A DNA stretch of 64,000 nt from Eutreptiella sp. 'Long Island Sound 2002' (GCA_964036045.1 OZ038378.1:37634001-37698000); one strand, 5' to 3'. Shown: positions 23,574-36,173, counted from the stretch's first letter. Translations and numbers: made by a program. The notes: a model not told the origin generated them from the letters alone.

Positions 23574-23598
23574 GGGTGTGCAACTTGTGACGCCTAAG
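23574..23598 (-). repeat. Right TIR of copy 1
   Basis: GGGTGTGCAACTTGTGACGCCTAAG followed by the TSD AGACA. Confidence 0.9.
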
Positions 23599-24379
23599 AG
23601 ACATGCGCACATGGTCCGCGACTTGCTGCCGCCCAATGGCCGTAAGATTTGCTCAGCTGGTGCAACAGTTGTGGTTTCATGTGTAGTTCAAAGGGGCCTA
23701 CACGAGGAATCCCTCCTTGATCTGCGTCTTGCCCCCTCCGGGAGGCTAAGATGTGCATTGCACCACTGCTCCGAGTGTACCGGCTCCGTGCCAAGCAAGG
23801 TTGTTGATCGCAATGGGCATCTTCACGTCGCACGGCTTGAGATGCCCCTCGTTGTCGCACGATTTCATGACTGCTCTCCTGTTGCACACGGTAGCCCGCT
23901 TCGAGTGCCACGCAGCATCCGACGGTGTCTGGACCACTGTACTGGCGCACGGCACCGGGTCCGTGGTCTCCTTGCCTGACACGGGCGGGAAGTGCAGCGA
24001 GGGGGCGGGCCGCGGCGCCCCATCCTTGTGCACCACATCCTTCCGCCCCAGATTCTTCTGCCCTAGATCCGTCTTCCCCACGAACGGACCAAAGTGGCAA
24101 ACTCTAGGGGCCACAGGGGTGGTCACGTCCATGGCCAGAAGAACATCCACCGAGGCCTGAAGTGGGAGAGCACGCAAGGACAGGGGGGCATGACACAAAA
24201 TGAGACAGGCAGGTGTCGTAGGATGGGGGCGTAAGACACGGCACCAAACGGGGGGGTTGTCGTTGGACAAGGCATGAAGACAGGGCGCAAGACAATGTCT
24301 TTCATCGGACCAGGGGGGCGGTCGGCGGGGCTGTCCTGGGGGGCTTCCGTGGGACGGGGGACTGTCTTTAAGCCTATGA

Positions 24380-25440
24380 TAGGCAACTGTCGCAACACAC
24401 GGATCGCAAACGAAATTAGCAAATGTGTGTCGTGCGCAGCACGGGAGTTGTCTGGGTAGTGCACCTGTTGACAGGCACACGACCAGTGCATTGCATTGTC
24501 AGTGTCAGCGTCATCGCTCCTAGATTGGACCCAATTCCCCTTCTTTGATGTTGCCGCCTTGGAAACACTTGAGGATGCTTTCCCGTGAGGTGATCCAGCC
24601 GTAGTACTGCACCACACCATAATCGAACAGGGGCATTTGCGAGGGGACAAGCGTGCACCACAAGATATGACCGTGCATGGCTGAGACCTGCAAATCCGGA
24701 GCACATCGAACAGCAAAGTCCCCAAATTGTACATTGCGAAAAATGATACCCACACCGCGCGGGACGTGAATGGTGGCAAGCACCGTGTCGAAAGCGGTGG
24801 AAACGATGGAGTTGCCATGGCAAAATTGACGCAATGGACAATCCTTAGGGCTGGGTGCAGTGTCCCCCATGCTACGCAATTTTGTGACCGCTCGAGGCAT
24901 GTCCAGCACCGTGCGGTACAAGTGGGTGTTCTCGTCGCACAACATAAAGAAGCTTGCCACACCTGGTAGACTAGGGATGTAAGTAACCGTCTTCGCCTTC
25001 AATTCCAAGCGCCAACTTGGGTTGGCGCGGCACACCGCACAACATATACCTACCTGGGAACAGCTCCGGCACACCAGCTCTTCTTCACACAAGGTACAAG
25101 GGGACCTTTTGCTGGCGCTTTGCTTCTTGCTGCAACCTGTGCATGGTCCCACTTTACCAAGATTGTGAGGTGGAAGGAACATGGTGCAATCAAGGGGCGG
25201 CAAACCCGGACACCCGGCACAATGGGTCGCACGATATGTTCCAAAGCCCATCACAATGAGGACCAACGGCATATACACCACTGCACTTACCACGAAAGCA
25301 GACAATGCAATCGGATGGGCAAACCAACAACTCGTTGGGCTCCGTGGGGAATGGCAACGTGTTCCACTGCGGCGACAAACCTCCGGAACTGAATGGGATG
25401 AAGTACCTGTTGGTCGCATCAACCGCGTGCTACCCAACAA
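24380..25440 (-). pseudogene. Decayed Cys-rich (zinc-finger-like) protein with a possible SET-like C-terminal region
   Basis: CTGCSKK...CTLCEEELVCRSCSQVGICCAVC is clear. GVVQYYGWITSRE and VHYPDNSR...ISFAIRVL only loosely resemble SET motifs. Confidence 0.3.
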
Positions 25441-25779
25441 CTACAGCCTACGAGGTGGGGAAGATCCCATCGTCAGGAACAAGGCGTCTTTGAAGTGCAC
25501 GATGAACAGGCCCCGGTGATTCACACGGAATGCGCACCACATTGGTGAACAAAAGGAGGAGCACCTTTTGGTCACCCGCAAAGGACGTTCGCACCTTGTC
25601 AAGGTGCTTGATGGCAAACCCTCGAAATTGTGGTAAAGGAGCCGTGTAACCATGCGAAAGCGTTGTCACTTCCTCTGCCGAAAGACCGGGCACGTCCTGA
25701 ACACATGTCGCCCAAACGCAAAGCGTAGAATTTTTATTTTGGGACCAAAAATCTTGGCATGACTCCCAGCGTTGCTGAC

Positions 25780-27550
25780 GATCGACCTGTAAATTTTCCA
25801 GCCGACTTGCCAGGCAATCGCTCCTGGAATCCCTAGGGATGAGAAAATATCGGAAGCATTTTGCCGACCAAAACCGCAACCGAAACCCCGACCGAAACCC
25901 CGGCCGAAGCCGGGAGGGAGCCTTCCGAAGCCCCTGGGGATGAAAAAATATCGGAAGCGTTTTCGGGGGCGATTTCCGACCAAAATGCCAAGGATGAACA
26001 AACAATCGACCCCGCCCCCCCAGACACGTATTTGGGCATTTTTGGGCAATTTGACCCATATATAGTGACGACATGTACAATGCTCCGCCACTCCTCAAAC
26101 AGAAGCTGGCCCGGCTACCATGGCGGGGCGTGGCCAATCACAAGCCCCCGATCCTGGGGCTGACCCACGGAGCGCCGGGTTCCCCCCCACCCCCAGCCCC
26201 AGCCCCGACCCCCCGATTAGCCCGGTTAGCCCCCCTTCGCGAACATCACAGTCAACGCTGTTCCTTGCCCTGTTGTTTAAGTGCCGCCTCCGTGTCTGTC
26301 GGAATAAAAACCCCCTCACTCAAGATATAGGGTACTGGGGCAGAACTGGATTCTGCATCAACATCAATGGCGGGGGGAGGTAGTGCCCGAGTTGCGCATT
26401 GGCTTGGGCGCACTCCTGTCCGCCGAAACTTTTTCTTAGCTGGTGGAGGAGCAGGGGCTGCCTCCACATCAAAACTGCTAACGGTGATGGCACTGCTTGT
26501 TGCATCACTGCCACTACTACTGCCACTGCCACTACGACTCCGACGGCTCCTGCCACCGCCACTGCCACTGGCACCGTCACTGCCACTACCACTGCATGAC
26601 CCTGCATGTGACTCGGAATCAGGATCTGCTGAATCCTCAGCATCAACCAAAAACTGCAACCATATTCAACCATCAGAATTGTTCCTCCAAAAAAACAACG
26701 ATTCCATCCCTTATCCCTAACACAACAAAAGAGTAAGGAGACCGTGTGATACCCATGTCTTGTTGTGTTTTTTAATTTTCAAAAAAAAGAGACTGTCGTC
26801 CATGCCCCCGGCAGGCCACCTGAATCCGTGCGTTGCTCATCCCCACTGGCTTCCTAAGGGTTAGTCGCGCCGCCAGGACAACACGGATTCCATTTTTCGA
26901 GGGGGCGGGGGTGCAGCGGTGAGCTGCCAAAACATAAAAAAACTTCCCTACTTTAAGCGCTACCACTTCAGGGGTTGGGGAAGGGGGTGGTCGTCAATTG
27001 TGTGTACATGAACAGTTTTTTGGCCCAGGCACGAGAGGGAAACACTCATGCGTGAACAGTGGTAGCGCAATCAGTTTCGAAACCGGGGCATGCCGGTCGG
27101 CAAAAAAGCAATCATGGTCCATCACAGTCATCGTCTCAAGGCCCTATGTGCCAGCCACATCAGCCCACCAGCCAAACAATCAAACCAGGGTCCTTTGGGG
27201 GGAAATGTTCAATGTGTATAGTTGGCCGGATGGTGACTTTTTTACAAAAACCCTTCGAATTTCCTTGGGATTTAGCAAGCAATTGGGGATGCAAAGCTCC
27301 TGACAATTCCAAGCAATGTGCGAGAGCATTTTGGAAGCAATGCTCCTAGTATGTGCTTGGGTGAACTCCGAGAGATCGTCGGAAGCATTGCTTCCGACGT
27401 CGGAAGCGATCACCCCGACCAATTTTGGCAGCATGGCTTCCGAAATCCCTAGGGACGGAAAAATATCGGAAGCGTTTTTGGGAGGAACATTCCCAGCATC
27501 GCTGACAATTGACCTGTAAAGATCGGAGGGGACGTGCCAGGCAACGCTAA
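25780..27550. repeat. Dispersed ~250 bp repeat pair with internal CCCTAGGGA...ATATCGGAAGC motifs (25780-26000 and 27370-27550)
   Basis: tccctagggatgagaaaatatcggaagc (~25828), cccctggggatgaaaaaatatcggaagc (~25931), tccctagggacggaaaaatatcggaagc (~27446). Both also share cccagc.t.gctgac.at.gacctgtaaa. Confidence 0.7.
26505..26595. repeat. Degenerate (GCCACT)n hexamer tract
   Basis: cactgccactactactgccactgccact...; reads as Ser/Gly repeats on the minus strand. Confidence 0.8.
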
Positions 27551-28728
27551 CAAACATGCCCCGGTTCTCAGCATTCTATGTTGTGCCCGTAGCATACATG
27601 TGAGGTACATATCCTAATGAGCAAGCTTCCCCGCGATAGTCTCCCACTGAAACTTGTTGTGGGACACCCTCACATCTTTTCCTGGCTCATTGATGATGTC
27701 CAGTGATTGTGGCGCCAGAAGGTAGAGCCAGCGTCGATCCAAGTCCTCCCCATGCGCCTCCAGCGGAGTGGTACCGTCCGCCACCTTGATACGGCCGTCA
27801 GATGCCCCAATAAGCAGTGATGGTGGTAGAGAGGGAATGGTAATGGGGTCATTGTTTTGCGTCACCAATAGCCCAGCGGACGTTGTTCCCAGCCCGTAGT
27901 CACTCCATTGGTGAGGGGAGTAACTTGGGAGGGTGTACACGGGACTTGACAAACTTGGATCCTTTTCCATGGACAAGCAAAGGCGGCGCTGTAAAGGTCC
28001 TTGCCATGATGTGTCTTTCCAACATGCTCCTTGGGCCTCTCACATCATTCAACCAATTCAATTCTGTGTATTGCTTAGGCCACGCTAACTGCCCACCCCC
28101 CTACCCACAGGCTGGGCTCCGCGGGGCCATACTGTACCCCCCCCCCCGCCCCCCCAAAACAGGGTATGAATTTTGCACCTAGGGGACCCCTTGCTCCTAG
28201 TAGGAAAAAATGAGTATCTCTATTTACCTAAAATGCCATTCTCATGTAACCACATCCTAGTTGTCAAAACACAATAAGCATGTATGCACACTGGAAAAGC
28301 AGAGGAAGAATGCGGGTTTCTTCAATACCACAAACCTTTTTGTGTTACACACAAATGCATCAACGTGCGAAGCGATGCGCTGCAAGAAGTAGGGTAGCAC
28401 ACACTTGGCAAGGGTTGCTGCACCCTGTGTGTGCCCAAAAATTGTCAATTGACAGTCACTCAAATTCATGCATCATAATCCAGGTCTCTATTTGCCATTA
28501 ATGAGACCTCTAGGCGAAATTTAGTCTAGCTTTGCAAAAATGTAAAAACGAGCCCGTATTCCAAGAAATACCTGAACCTGGAAGAAATTTTTCCAGTTTT
28601 AGTAAAACACAAAAAAAAAACGGTGCGCAAAACGTCAATGGTATTTGCAAAGACAGCGCAGAACGCCATTTTGGCGTGTAACAGGGAAAACATACAACAC
28701 AACAGTGAGAGCACACACCACTGTCACT

Positions 28729-31387
28729 CTATCGCCGCTTCCTCAAGCCAGGTGCCTTTGGTTTGGCACCCTTACCAGTAAACTGCCCACCATTTGCTTG
28801 TGCTGCCTGGTCAGCAGGCCTCTCACTGTTAGCACTACCAGTGGCACCACGTCCATTCTTTGTCTGCTGGGAAGGTGTGAAGTGGGCTGCAAACGTGCCC
28901 AGCACCTTGTTGGTTGGAGGCTTTGCTCCAGGCTTGGGGCTCTGCTGTGAGGGGCTTGCTCCAGCCTTTGATTTTGTGGCCTTGGCGGGGGTGCCGTCCC
29001 CCTGCTTGCCGGTTGCCTTTAGGGGGGGGGGGGGGCGTTTCTGAATTCACCGTCGTCTTCCTCTGGTTGGGTGGCCTCCACTTCTTGCTCTACATACCTC
29101 GTTCCCATACAATCTACCGGAAACCCATCTGCAAGGTCTTCACACACTCGGTCCCACTGGATTGGTGCCACAGTGTCGCAATTCGACACAGCAGCCCTCA
29201 AATCATTAACAAATGACTCAGGAATAGACTTCTCCTCAGACAAGTATGCAACTGCAATGTTCACAGGAAACATGCTCTGAATGGACAAGGCTGCAAAAAA
29301 AAGTGGCTGTTGTGTGCATACCATTACCCATGTACTATTCTGCTGAATCAAATCCAAAGCATACAGCAAATAACAGAACACTTCGACAGGAATGGAAGTC
29401 GTCACGGGGCCCTGAATATAAGAAACATATCGAGGTAGGCGTGCAAAAAACTGGTGCAGACTACGCAGTGCAAAAGCAGTCTGTCCCATGTTGTACAGTG
29501 CTAATGGCTTGGACAAGCTGTACACATGTACATCTGCATAGAAAAATTCCTCAACACAGGCAGCTTTTAGGTTGCTAACACAGGCCCGAACATCAGCAGT
29601 CTCACCAGTGACTGCCACCAAAATACCATTCAATACAAATTGTGCCACAATATTGTGCAGGGCCAACGTCCACATACGTGGGACCTCAATGAGGATGCAC
29701 ACAAATGGCAGTGCACTAATGAAGCTGGGAACAGGGCAGCCTGCCCACAAAGGGAGTAGCTCAATTCTACCCTCCTCCTTCAGAACTTTCCCTGTGTTTG
29801 TCTCAATAATGGTGTCAGCCAACTCAAGACTCAGATGCCCACCATCAAGCTTTTCAATACTTGGTGTCACACGGGGCTGGTGAAGCCTGTCACGTAACCC
29901 TTGGTAAAGGTCGGAGGTCCAACAGACTGCCTTAACAACAGAAGCCCACAGTGGCCAAGGTGACTCAGGACTCCACACCTAGCTGCCATACAGGACCCGG
30001 ATGTGGGCCATAATACGACATTGTTCTTTGCACATGGTCACAGGACTTAGATTTGCTGCAGAGGGTATACACAAGAGACAAATGAGGCAGTTGAAAAGTG
30101 GTATGCTTATGAACGAAAATCGAGGGACCTCGGCGAGTTTTCGCCCAGCTCAGCGTCAGTAACGAAATAAAGACCACGAAATCACTACCACTGAGAGTGC
30201 AAAATAATGCAGAATAAGTCCGCATACCCCTGGACTCGTGCACAAACCCCTCTGTGACTGCATCCGGATGGAGCACATGCCAACTCCACAACTGCTCAAC
30301 TCTGGCCAACTTTATTTCTCGTTTGATACCCAGTACTGAGCTTTTGGTACCCGACATGTAGAGGACAATGCTTGACACTCTATTTGGCATTAATCCTTCG
30401 CACTCTTTGAAAACACCAAGCGCCGGTTCAACATCTGGCTTCTCCATCCCATAGACTGCGTCAACAGCTGGCTGCCCAATGAATTTGACAAGCTTGCCCA
30501 ACCCTGCCCAACGCTTGGCTACAATGCCTTAAGACAGCAAGAGACAGGTAAAAATACAGGCTTACAGTAATGCTTAACGGATGCAGTCGAAAGGTTGAAC
30601 ACACCACGTTGCCTTCATCAGCTATAATACCAATTTTAGCCAACATGTTCTGAGTATGGGTGAGCAGGGTGGCATCTGGAACCTCCGCAATATGCTCCAG
30701 TAGCAGTGTCATCCGCTCATTGGTTGTTGACACACTACTGCTTGTGGTCTGCACTTGATGAAGCCCTGCGAGCTTTCTTCGTATGGGCATGGGAGTGTCT
30801 CTTCTAACCTCAAAGCCTTCAAACTCTCTACTCCATGTAGGCAGGGGGTGATTTTTGGATTCCTTGTCCTTGCCATGTTGCACAACAGCCGTGTAGATGT
30901 GCTGACCCCCTATGGCATACCAAGACCCAGTTGTACATGAGGTAACAAGCAATACAGAGTACAATCAAATGGCACGAAAGATCGAGAACAATCGAAACAC
31001 GACACGGCAGAACATACGCACGCCAGGTACTAGCAGTAAATGGTCAATACAATCAGGTGGTGGTGCCCGTGATAAATCGTCATAGCGGGCTTGAACTCGG
31101 TCGGGGTTCAGCCCACGAACCTGGCCTTCAGAGTGGTCTCTATCAATCAGGAACTGATCCGATCGCACACGAATGTGTTTCGTGGAAGTGAGGTAATGTG
31201 CCAGCTTGATTTCTGCTTTTCCTTTGGGTTTGGGCTTTGGCTTCGGTTTGGCGGCTAGTTTGGGCTGTGGTTCTGGTGCGGGGGCTTCAGCAGCACGAGT
31301 TCCCTCACTTCCACTAAGATGATCTTCATCATTGGCCAGGTTTTCGGGCGGTGTACCAACATTTTGAGAGATTTCCATAGAAGACAT
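28729..31387 (-). pseudogene. ParB-like cargo gene of copy 2 (spliced; one premature stop, poly-C frameshift)
   Basis: GQVRGLNPDRV, WYAIGGQHIYTA, RRKLAGLHQ, WSWHVLHPDAVT, LIEVPRM, GFPVDCMGTRYV; ends AKPKAPGLRKRR*. Colinear with copy 1. Confidence 0.75.
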
Positions 31388-31688
31388 TGCTTGGAAGGTA
31401 ACAAAACAGCAGGTGCAGAGTGCAGACATGGTGATATCCAGGTGCTCAGACAGAGACATTAGCCAAATTAGATCAAATTTGGAGAACCCTGGTTCAAAAA
31501 CACAAAGTGTTGTTCAACAGGGATGACACAGTGCTGAGGGATGCCAAAATCACACTGACTGGAAAGCTGGGCGAAATTTCGCCTAGGTCTGGCAGTTTCA
31601 AATAATACGAGGCTCAAAATCATGAAAGTTGGGCGCCTGGGCGAAATTTCGCCCAGTTGGAAGCACAATAGCATGTAACACAGTCAAA

Positions 31689-33890
31689 TCAGCCCCAACC
31701 ATGTGTACTCCGTTCCAACTCCTCTTCATCATCAAGCACTTCCAGGCTGGAGTCACTGCGCACCTCTTCTGGGCACTTACTGGCACTATCAACACAATTG
31801 AAATCATCCACCACCGGTACAGCACAAGGCATGGGGTGGAGGGCGGGGGGTTTGGGGGGGGTCTGGGGGGAGGGGGGGGGGGGGCTGGGGGGAGAACCAC
31901 CGGCACACCGCGCGCTGGGGGTTTGGCGGCTTGTTTTGGACCGTTACCACCGGCTATGTTGATACTGTAGTAGTGTGCACTTCGTTGCCTCTGATCACCA
32001 TTGGAGCGTTTCTAATTATATGCATTCAGAAAATCCTCAACACCATTGGGTATTTTAGTCTTGGCAATCAGACACCATAGGCTATGCCGAACAAGGCTCA
32101 AAAATTGCTGCTCTGTAACCCTTGTACGCGAGAACACTCCCAGAAATTGCATGCGGGGGGCTTCATCAAGACGTTTCACCACATACTTATCCTCTTCTAG
32201 GACAGCAATGGGGAACCACGCACGTGATGTGTTCTGAATGAACAAATGCACGTGCTTTGTGTACTTGTCCACAGACTTCTACGTCAGGACACCCTGGCAT
32301 TTTTTCTCTCCTGGAAGTGTGGAGGGGAGAGTTAAAGAAATATCGGTCGTCTACTGCACCGACTGGGCATTACCAACCTCCCTTGACCTCATGAGTAGGC
32401 AACTAAGCATTGCTTCGCCATACTCCTCAGAAAGCAGCCAACCAAGTGCCCGGGTGTGCCACTGGGACCACAAAAGCAGTGCTACAGTATTGGTACGCAG
32501 GTGTTCAGTGCTCATCCACTTTTCAGAAGGTATGATATTCATCATCAAAACAGTACTCATTCCAATGCATTCTTTTGCAGCTGCACTGGAATTCAGAGAG
32601 CAACCGTTCCTGCTACATTCACGCACAAGAACCCCTAGTGCCAAGAGTGCTGGGCAGTACGAGTATAACAGGGCCTTCAGGAATAAGAGACATTTCAGAC
32701 CCGGTCTTTGAGCATCACACAACTCAGCAAGATTACTCATAAGGACCTGGGTAGTACCATCAAGCCGTGCTTTGTTAGTAGTTGTAGCCAGGAACAAACC
32801 AACAATGGTTTTTTCCATGTGACGCAGTTTGAAATTCATGAGCACCACAGCTCCTGCCTTCAGGTCCCAACCCTTTAATAATAGGGGCAAATGCCTTATA
32901 GGATATTTCCATAGAATACTTATATGGGTGCCAGACACTGTAAAGCAACGGGTGTCCCAACACGAACTGGTCTACGTGCCAGCGGGCATAGCTTGCTCCG
33001 AACGACATTTTCAGGAGTGCGTAAAAGATCTTCATGTCAACCATAAATGGCACAATCCGTCTCGTCTTCACCTGCAAGCATTCTAGCCCCCTGACAAACT
33101 CCAATAACTCAACATGACTTCCACATTTCAGGTGTGATAACAGAAAGGGCCTCCAATTGAGGGATACCACAGCATTGCGAGCATAGTCCAAAGGTGCACG
33201 AACCCAGGTCCGCAGAATGGGCCCATCAGGGATTGTACTTCTTTGCAACAACAACCCAACACAGCGAACAAGGTAGTCCACAACCCCGGGCATACATTGT
33301 GCAACAGCATCCAGACCGGGCAGAACGTGGTACTGGGGCAGCTCAGTACTGTGCAACACACCGACGGCAGTCACATTCGAAGTCTTATCAGGGCTATGGG
33401 GGTCCACCCCATTGATGTAGCGACGGTAATAGTCGAACCACAGTGTAACTTGATGTCTCTCAAATGAATCCCACAGGTGTGAAGCTTGAACGCAGGCCTC
33501 GGCCGAGATAGTAGGGGGATTGATAGTGCATTCCCCTGCCATTGCCAGCTTACGGCGGATGGACTCGGTCATTGTACCGCGATATGAAGCTCCAGTGGCT
33601 CTCTGAGCACGGGGATATGTCAGCACTCGCACAATGTTATGCAGTGAGGAAACTTGCTTCTGCAGTACCAACAACCATCTTGGCCGACGACTACAACCGA
33701 AGGCCGCCCGCACATGCCCAACATTACGTCTAGTCTTTCTTTTGTGACGCAAATCCAGTGGTAGCTGCAGCAGCGGGAGTGCCCTCCCTTTGTTCAATGC
33801 CACCCGAATGACAGCCTTCGGGGTACAAACGCGAGTACCCCCCACGGCCGTTTGAAGAAAGCGCACATCAATCATGTCTCACACCCACAT
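31689..33890 (-). pseudogene. Academ-like transposase of copy 2 (frameshifted)
   Basis: WFDYYRRY, FMVDMKIF, YSVWHPYKY, EEYGEAMLS; acidic tail ending STHGWG*. Confidence 0.75.
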
Positions 33891-34213
33891 TGGCAGAAGC
33901 ACCCCTAAGAGTCAGTGAACACAACCCAACAAACGTACCACCCTGTAGGTAAAGGGTGTCAAGGCAAGCGAGAAGAAATTTCGCCCAGGTTCAACTTTAT
34001 CGACTGGTGGGCCCAAGTGACAAGCAGGCAAAGGGCAACATATCGTGCACAGGACAAAGAAAGAAACAACAGGGGGGGGGGGGGTTGGAAGAAATTTCGC
34101 CCGGGATCACTGATTGGTGTTTTTGAGCTATGTATTTTGCAGAACATGCGGAGCTGGGCGAAATTTCGCCCAGGGTCATCAAGACATCAAAATGTGTATT
34201 ACTTTTTTGCTAT

Positions 34214-36173
34214 CCGGGAGGAGATGCCACATCGTGGTCGGGCGCACCGGGGGGGCAACGCCCGACATGGCGAAGGAGATCTCCGACCCGCATCGACGTT
34301 GTCCCCCTTGCAGATCTCGATATGGTGCACGCTCCCCACAAAGAAGAGGATGCTCTGCTCGGCGATCTCCATGACGGCGAGATCGGACGTCGGGGCGGAG
34401 CGGGGGAGGAAGGTGCAGTGAAAGGGGCACGTGGGGGGCCGGCCGGGAGGGCAGGCATCCCATGGTGGCGGCTGGTAGCCACCATCAGCAGCATGTCCAC
34501 CCTCTGCTGCTGAATGGTGTCCCATTGCGCCTCCCCCGCATCGCGCAGGGCCGTCCCCGCGTGCACCGCCACCTGGTAGTCCGCTGACAGGCAGAGGAAG
34601 CTACTCAGGTCACACCCCGAGATGTCCCTGCTGTCGGGGGGTAGCACCACAGGGTGGGTGGCGACATCGGTGTGGGGGAGCTGGGCCCCATTCCCCACAC
34701 TTGCCACGATGCCGGCTGGCGTCGCTGGGTGGAGATTCCCAACCTGAGGGACACTTTCCATGACGGGGGGGTGGAACTTCTTGAAAAGAGGCCCCCCGCC
34801 CCCCGACCCCAGGGAGCTTTTGCTTTGCCAACGCCGCACGAGATCCGAATCCCGCGCGTGATCTGCACTCCGCCCGGCGTTGAAAAGCAGCTCAAAATTT
34901 TTTGCGACAACTTTTTCGTCGCCGCTGCCCCACGCCTTCATCACCTTGTTCCACCCCATCTCACAATCCCGTGCTTCCACAAGCCCCCGAAGCACAATGT
35001 AGCCGTTCCCATCAACAAAGTTGAGGGGCGGCTGGGAGGGACAAACCCTGTCCGGGGCGGGGTCCGGTTGCCCATCACCCGATGAGGGGGTTCAAGAGGG
35101 GGTTCGGTGCGGAGGGGGGGTTCGCTGAAACTGAAGGGGGGGGCGCATGAGGCATCACGGTACCATTGCAAAGAACCTGTGCTGTAGAAGGTGGGGTGGG
35201 TGATGTCGGCGATGTGCACCTATGGGGGGATGGTGGGATGGAAACGGGCGATGCCCAAATCCTCCCACCACCGGGGCCAGGCAAGGTGCCAGGACAAGGG
35301 GGAAATAGAGTGGTCGGATGCTGCCCCTACAACAAGATCGTGCAAGCACACCATCGCGCAATGGGGGGGGGGGGTATACGCAAGGTTAGTGGTGGGGTAC
35401 ACCCGGACGTGGGCGTCCTTGGGCTTCCCCACCGGGTTAGCATGGAATTGAGCAGTTGGTCAATGGTGGCGGGTTGAGGGGTCAGATGCAAAAAGTTAAG
35501 AGAGGCGAGTTGGGAGCGGAGTTCCTTCCAGAAATATGTGGACCAGGCCTTCCCCCCAAGATAAGAGTTGCGGGAGGGGCTCGGCACGTCAATGTGAATC
35601 ACCTCGCGGGAGGGGTCGAGGGATGTTGCCGAGCCCACAACATCGTCCACCCCCAGTAACCCCGACTAGTAGGTCGCCTCCTCCAATTGGTGGTGGGCGA
35701 CGGGGAGGGCTTGGTACTTCGCCAAGGTGTCGGCAGCATGATCGGGGGGGGGCTGCAAGGAGGCGAGCTGTGACAATGCTTGCTGGGACATGGTCAAAAG
35801 AAGATGCAAAGAAAGGCTTTGAGAGCTGTGAGAAAGCGAAACAGTGGAAATTCAGGCAAATTCGTACGAAATTCGTACGAATTTCGTACGAATTTTGTGC
35901 GAATTTCACAATCTTGTGAATCTGTGAACCTAGCGTGAATTTTTGGGTGAATTTGGGTGCGTGAATTTCGGATTGGACCGAATCTCACCAAATGTGTTGA
36001 ACCATGTGGCTACTTAAAACCTCTAATTTGCACACATTTGTTGGTTCTCCCTTTGGGCGAAGATAGCACGAAAAACGCACCCGATGGCACCAATTTACGC
36101 GCAAAACACAGCAAAAAGTTGTGACATTCACGGTACCGTGAATCTCCCATTCAAACAGCCGGTTCACGAAGGA
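34214..36173 (-). mobile_element. TA-flanked TIR element (copy A, left-truncated) carrying a 2OG-Fe(II) dioxygenase-containing gene
   Basis: Ends GTTCACGAAGGA|TA at 36173. ATTCACGGTACCGTGAAT palindrome at 36126. TTCGTACGAA array at 35861-35891. 35220-36173 aligns with 58030-59006. Confidence 0.8.
34400..34995 (-). pseudogene. 2OG-Fe(II) dioxygenase domain (PhyH-like double-stranded beta-helix)
   Basis: GAQLPHTD (HxD at 34674-34666), LSSFLCLS, DMLLMVATSRHHGMP (distal His ~34465), and a downstream Arg before a hydrophobic strand. Confidence 0.7.

Larger units (their letters stand above)
17073..23598 (-). mobile_element. Complete two-gene DNA transposon (Academ/DUF6589-like), copy 1
   Basis: TIRs at 17073-17097 and 23574-23598 (one mismatch in 25 bp). 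Direct repeat AGACA at 17068-17072 and 23599-23603. Encodes a transposase and a spliced cargo gene. Confidence 0.9.
28074..34200 (-). mobile_element. Academ-like element copy 2 (divergent subfamily; right end not found)
   Basis: Left TIR-like CTTAGGCCACGCTAACTGCCCACCCCC at 28074. Same two-gene order and intron positions as copy 1. Palindrome variant GGGCGAAATTTCGCCC at 31569, 31639 and 34156, with degenerate sites at 28512, 30131, 33972 and 34088. Confidence 0.85.
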
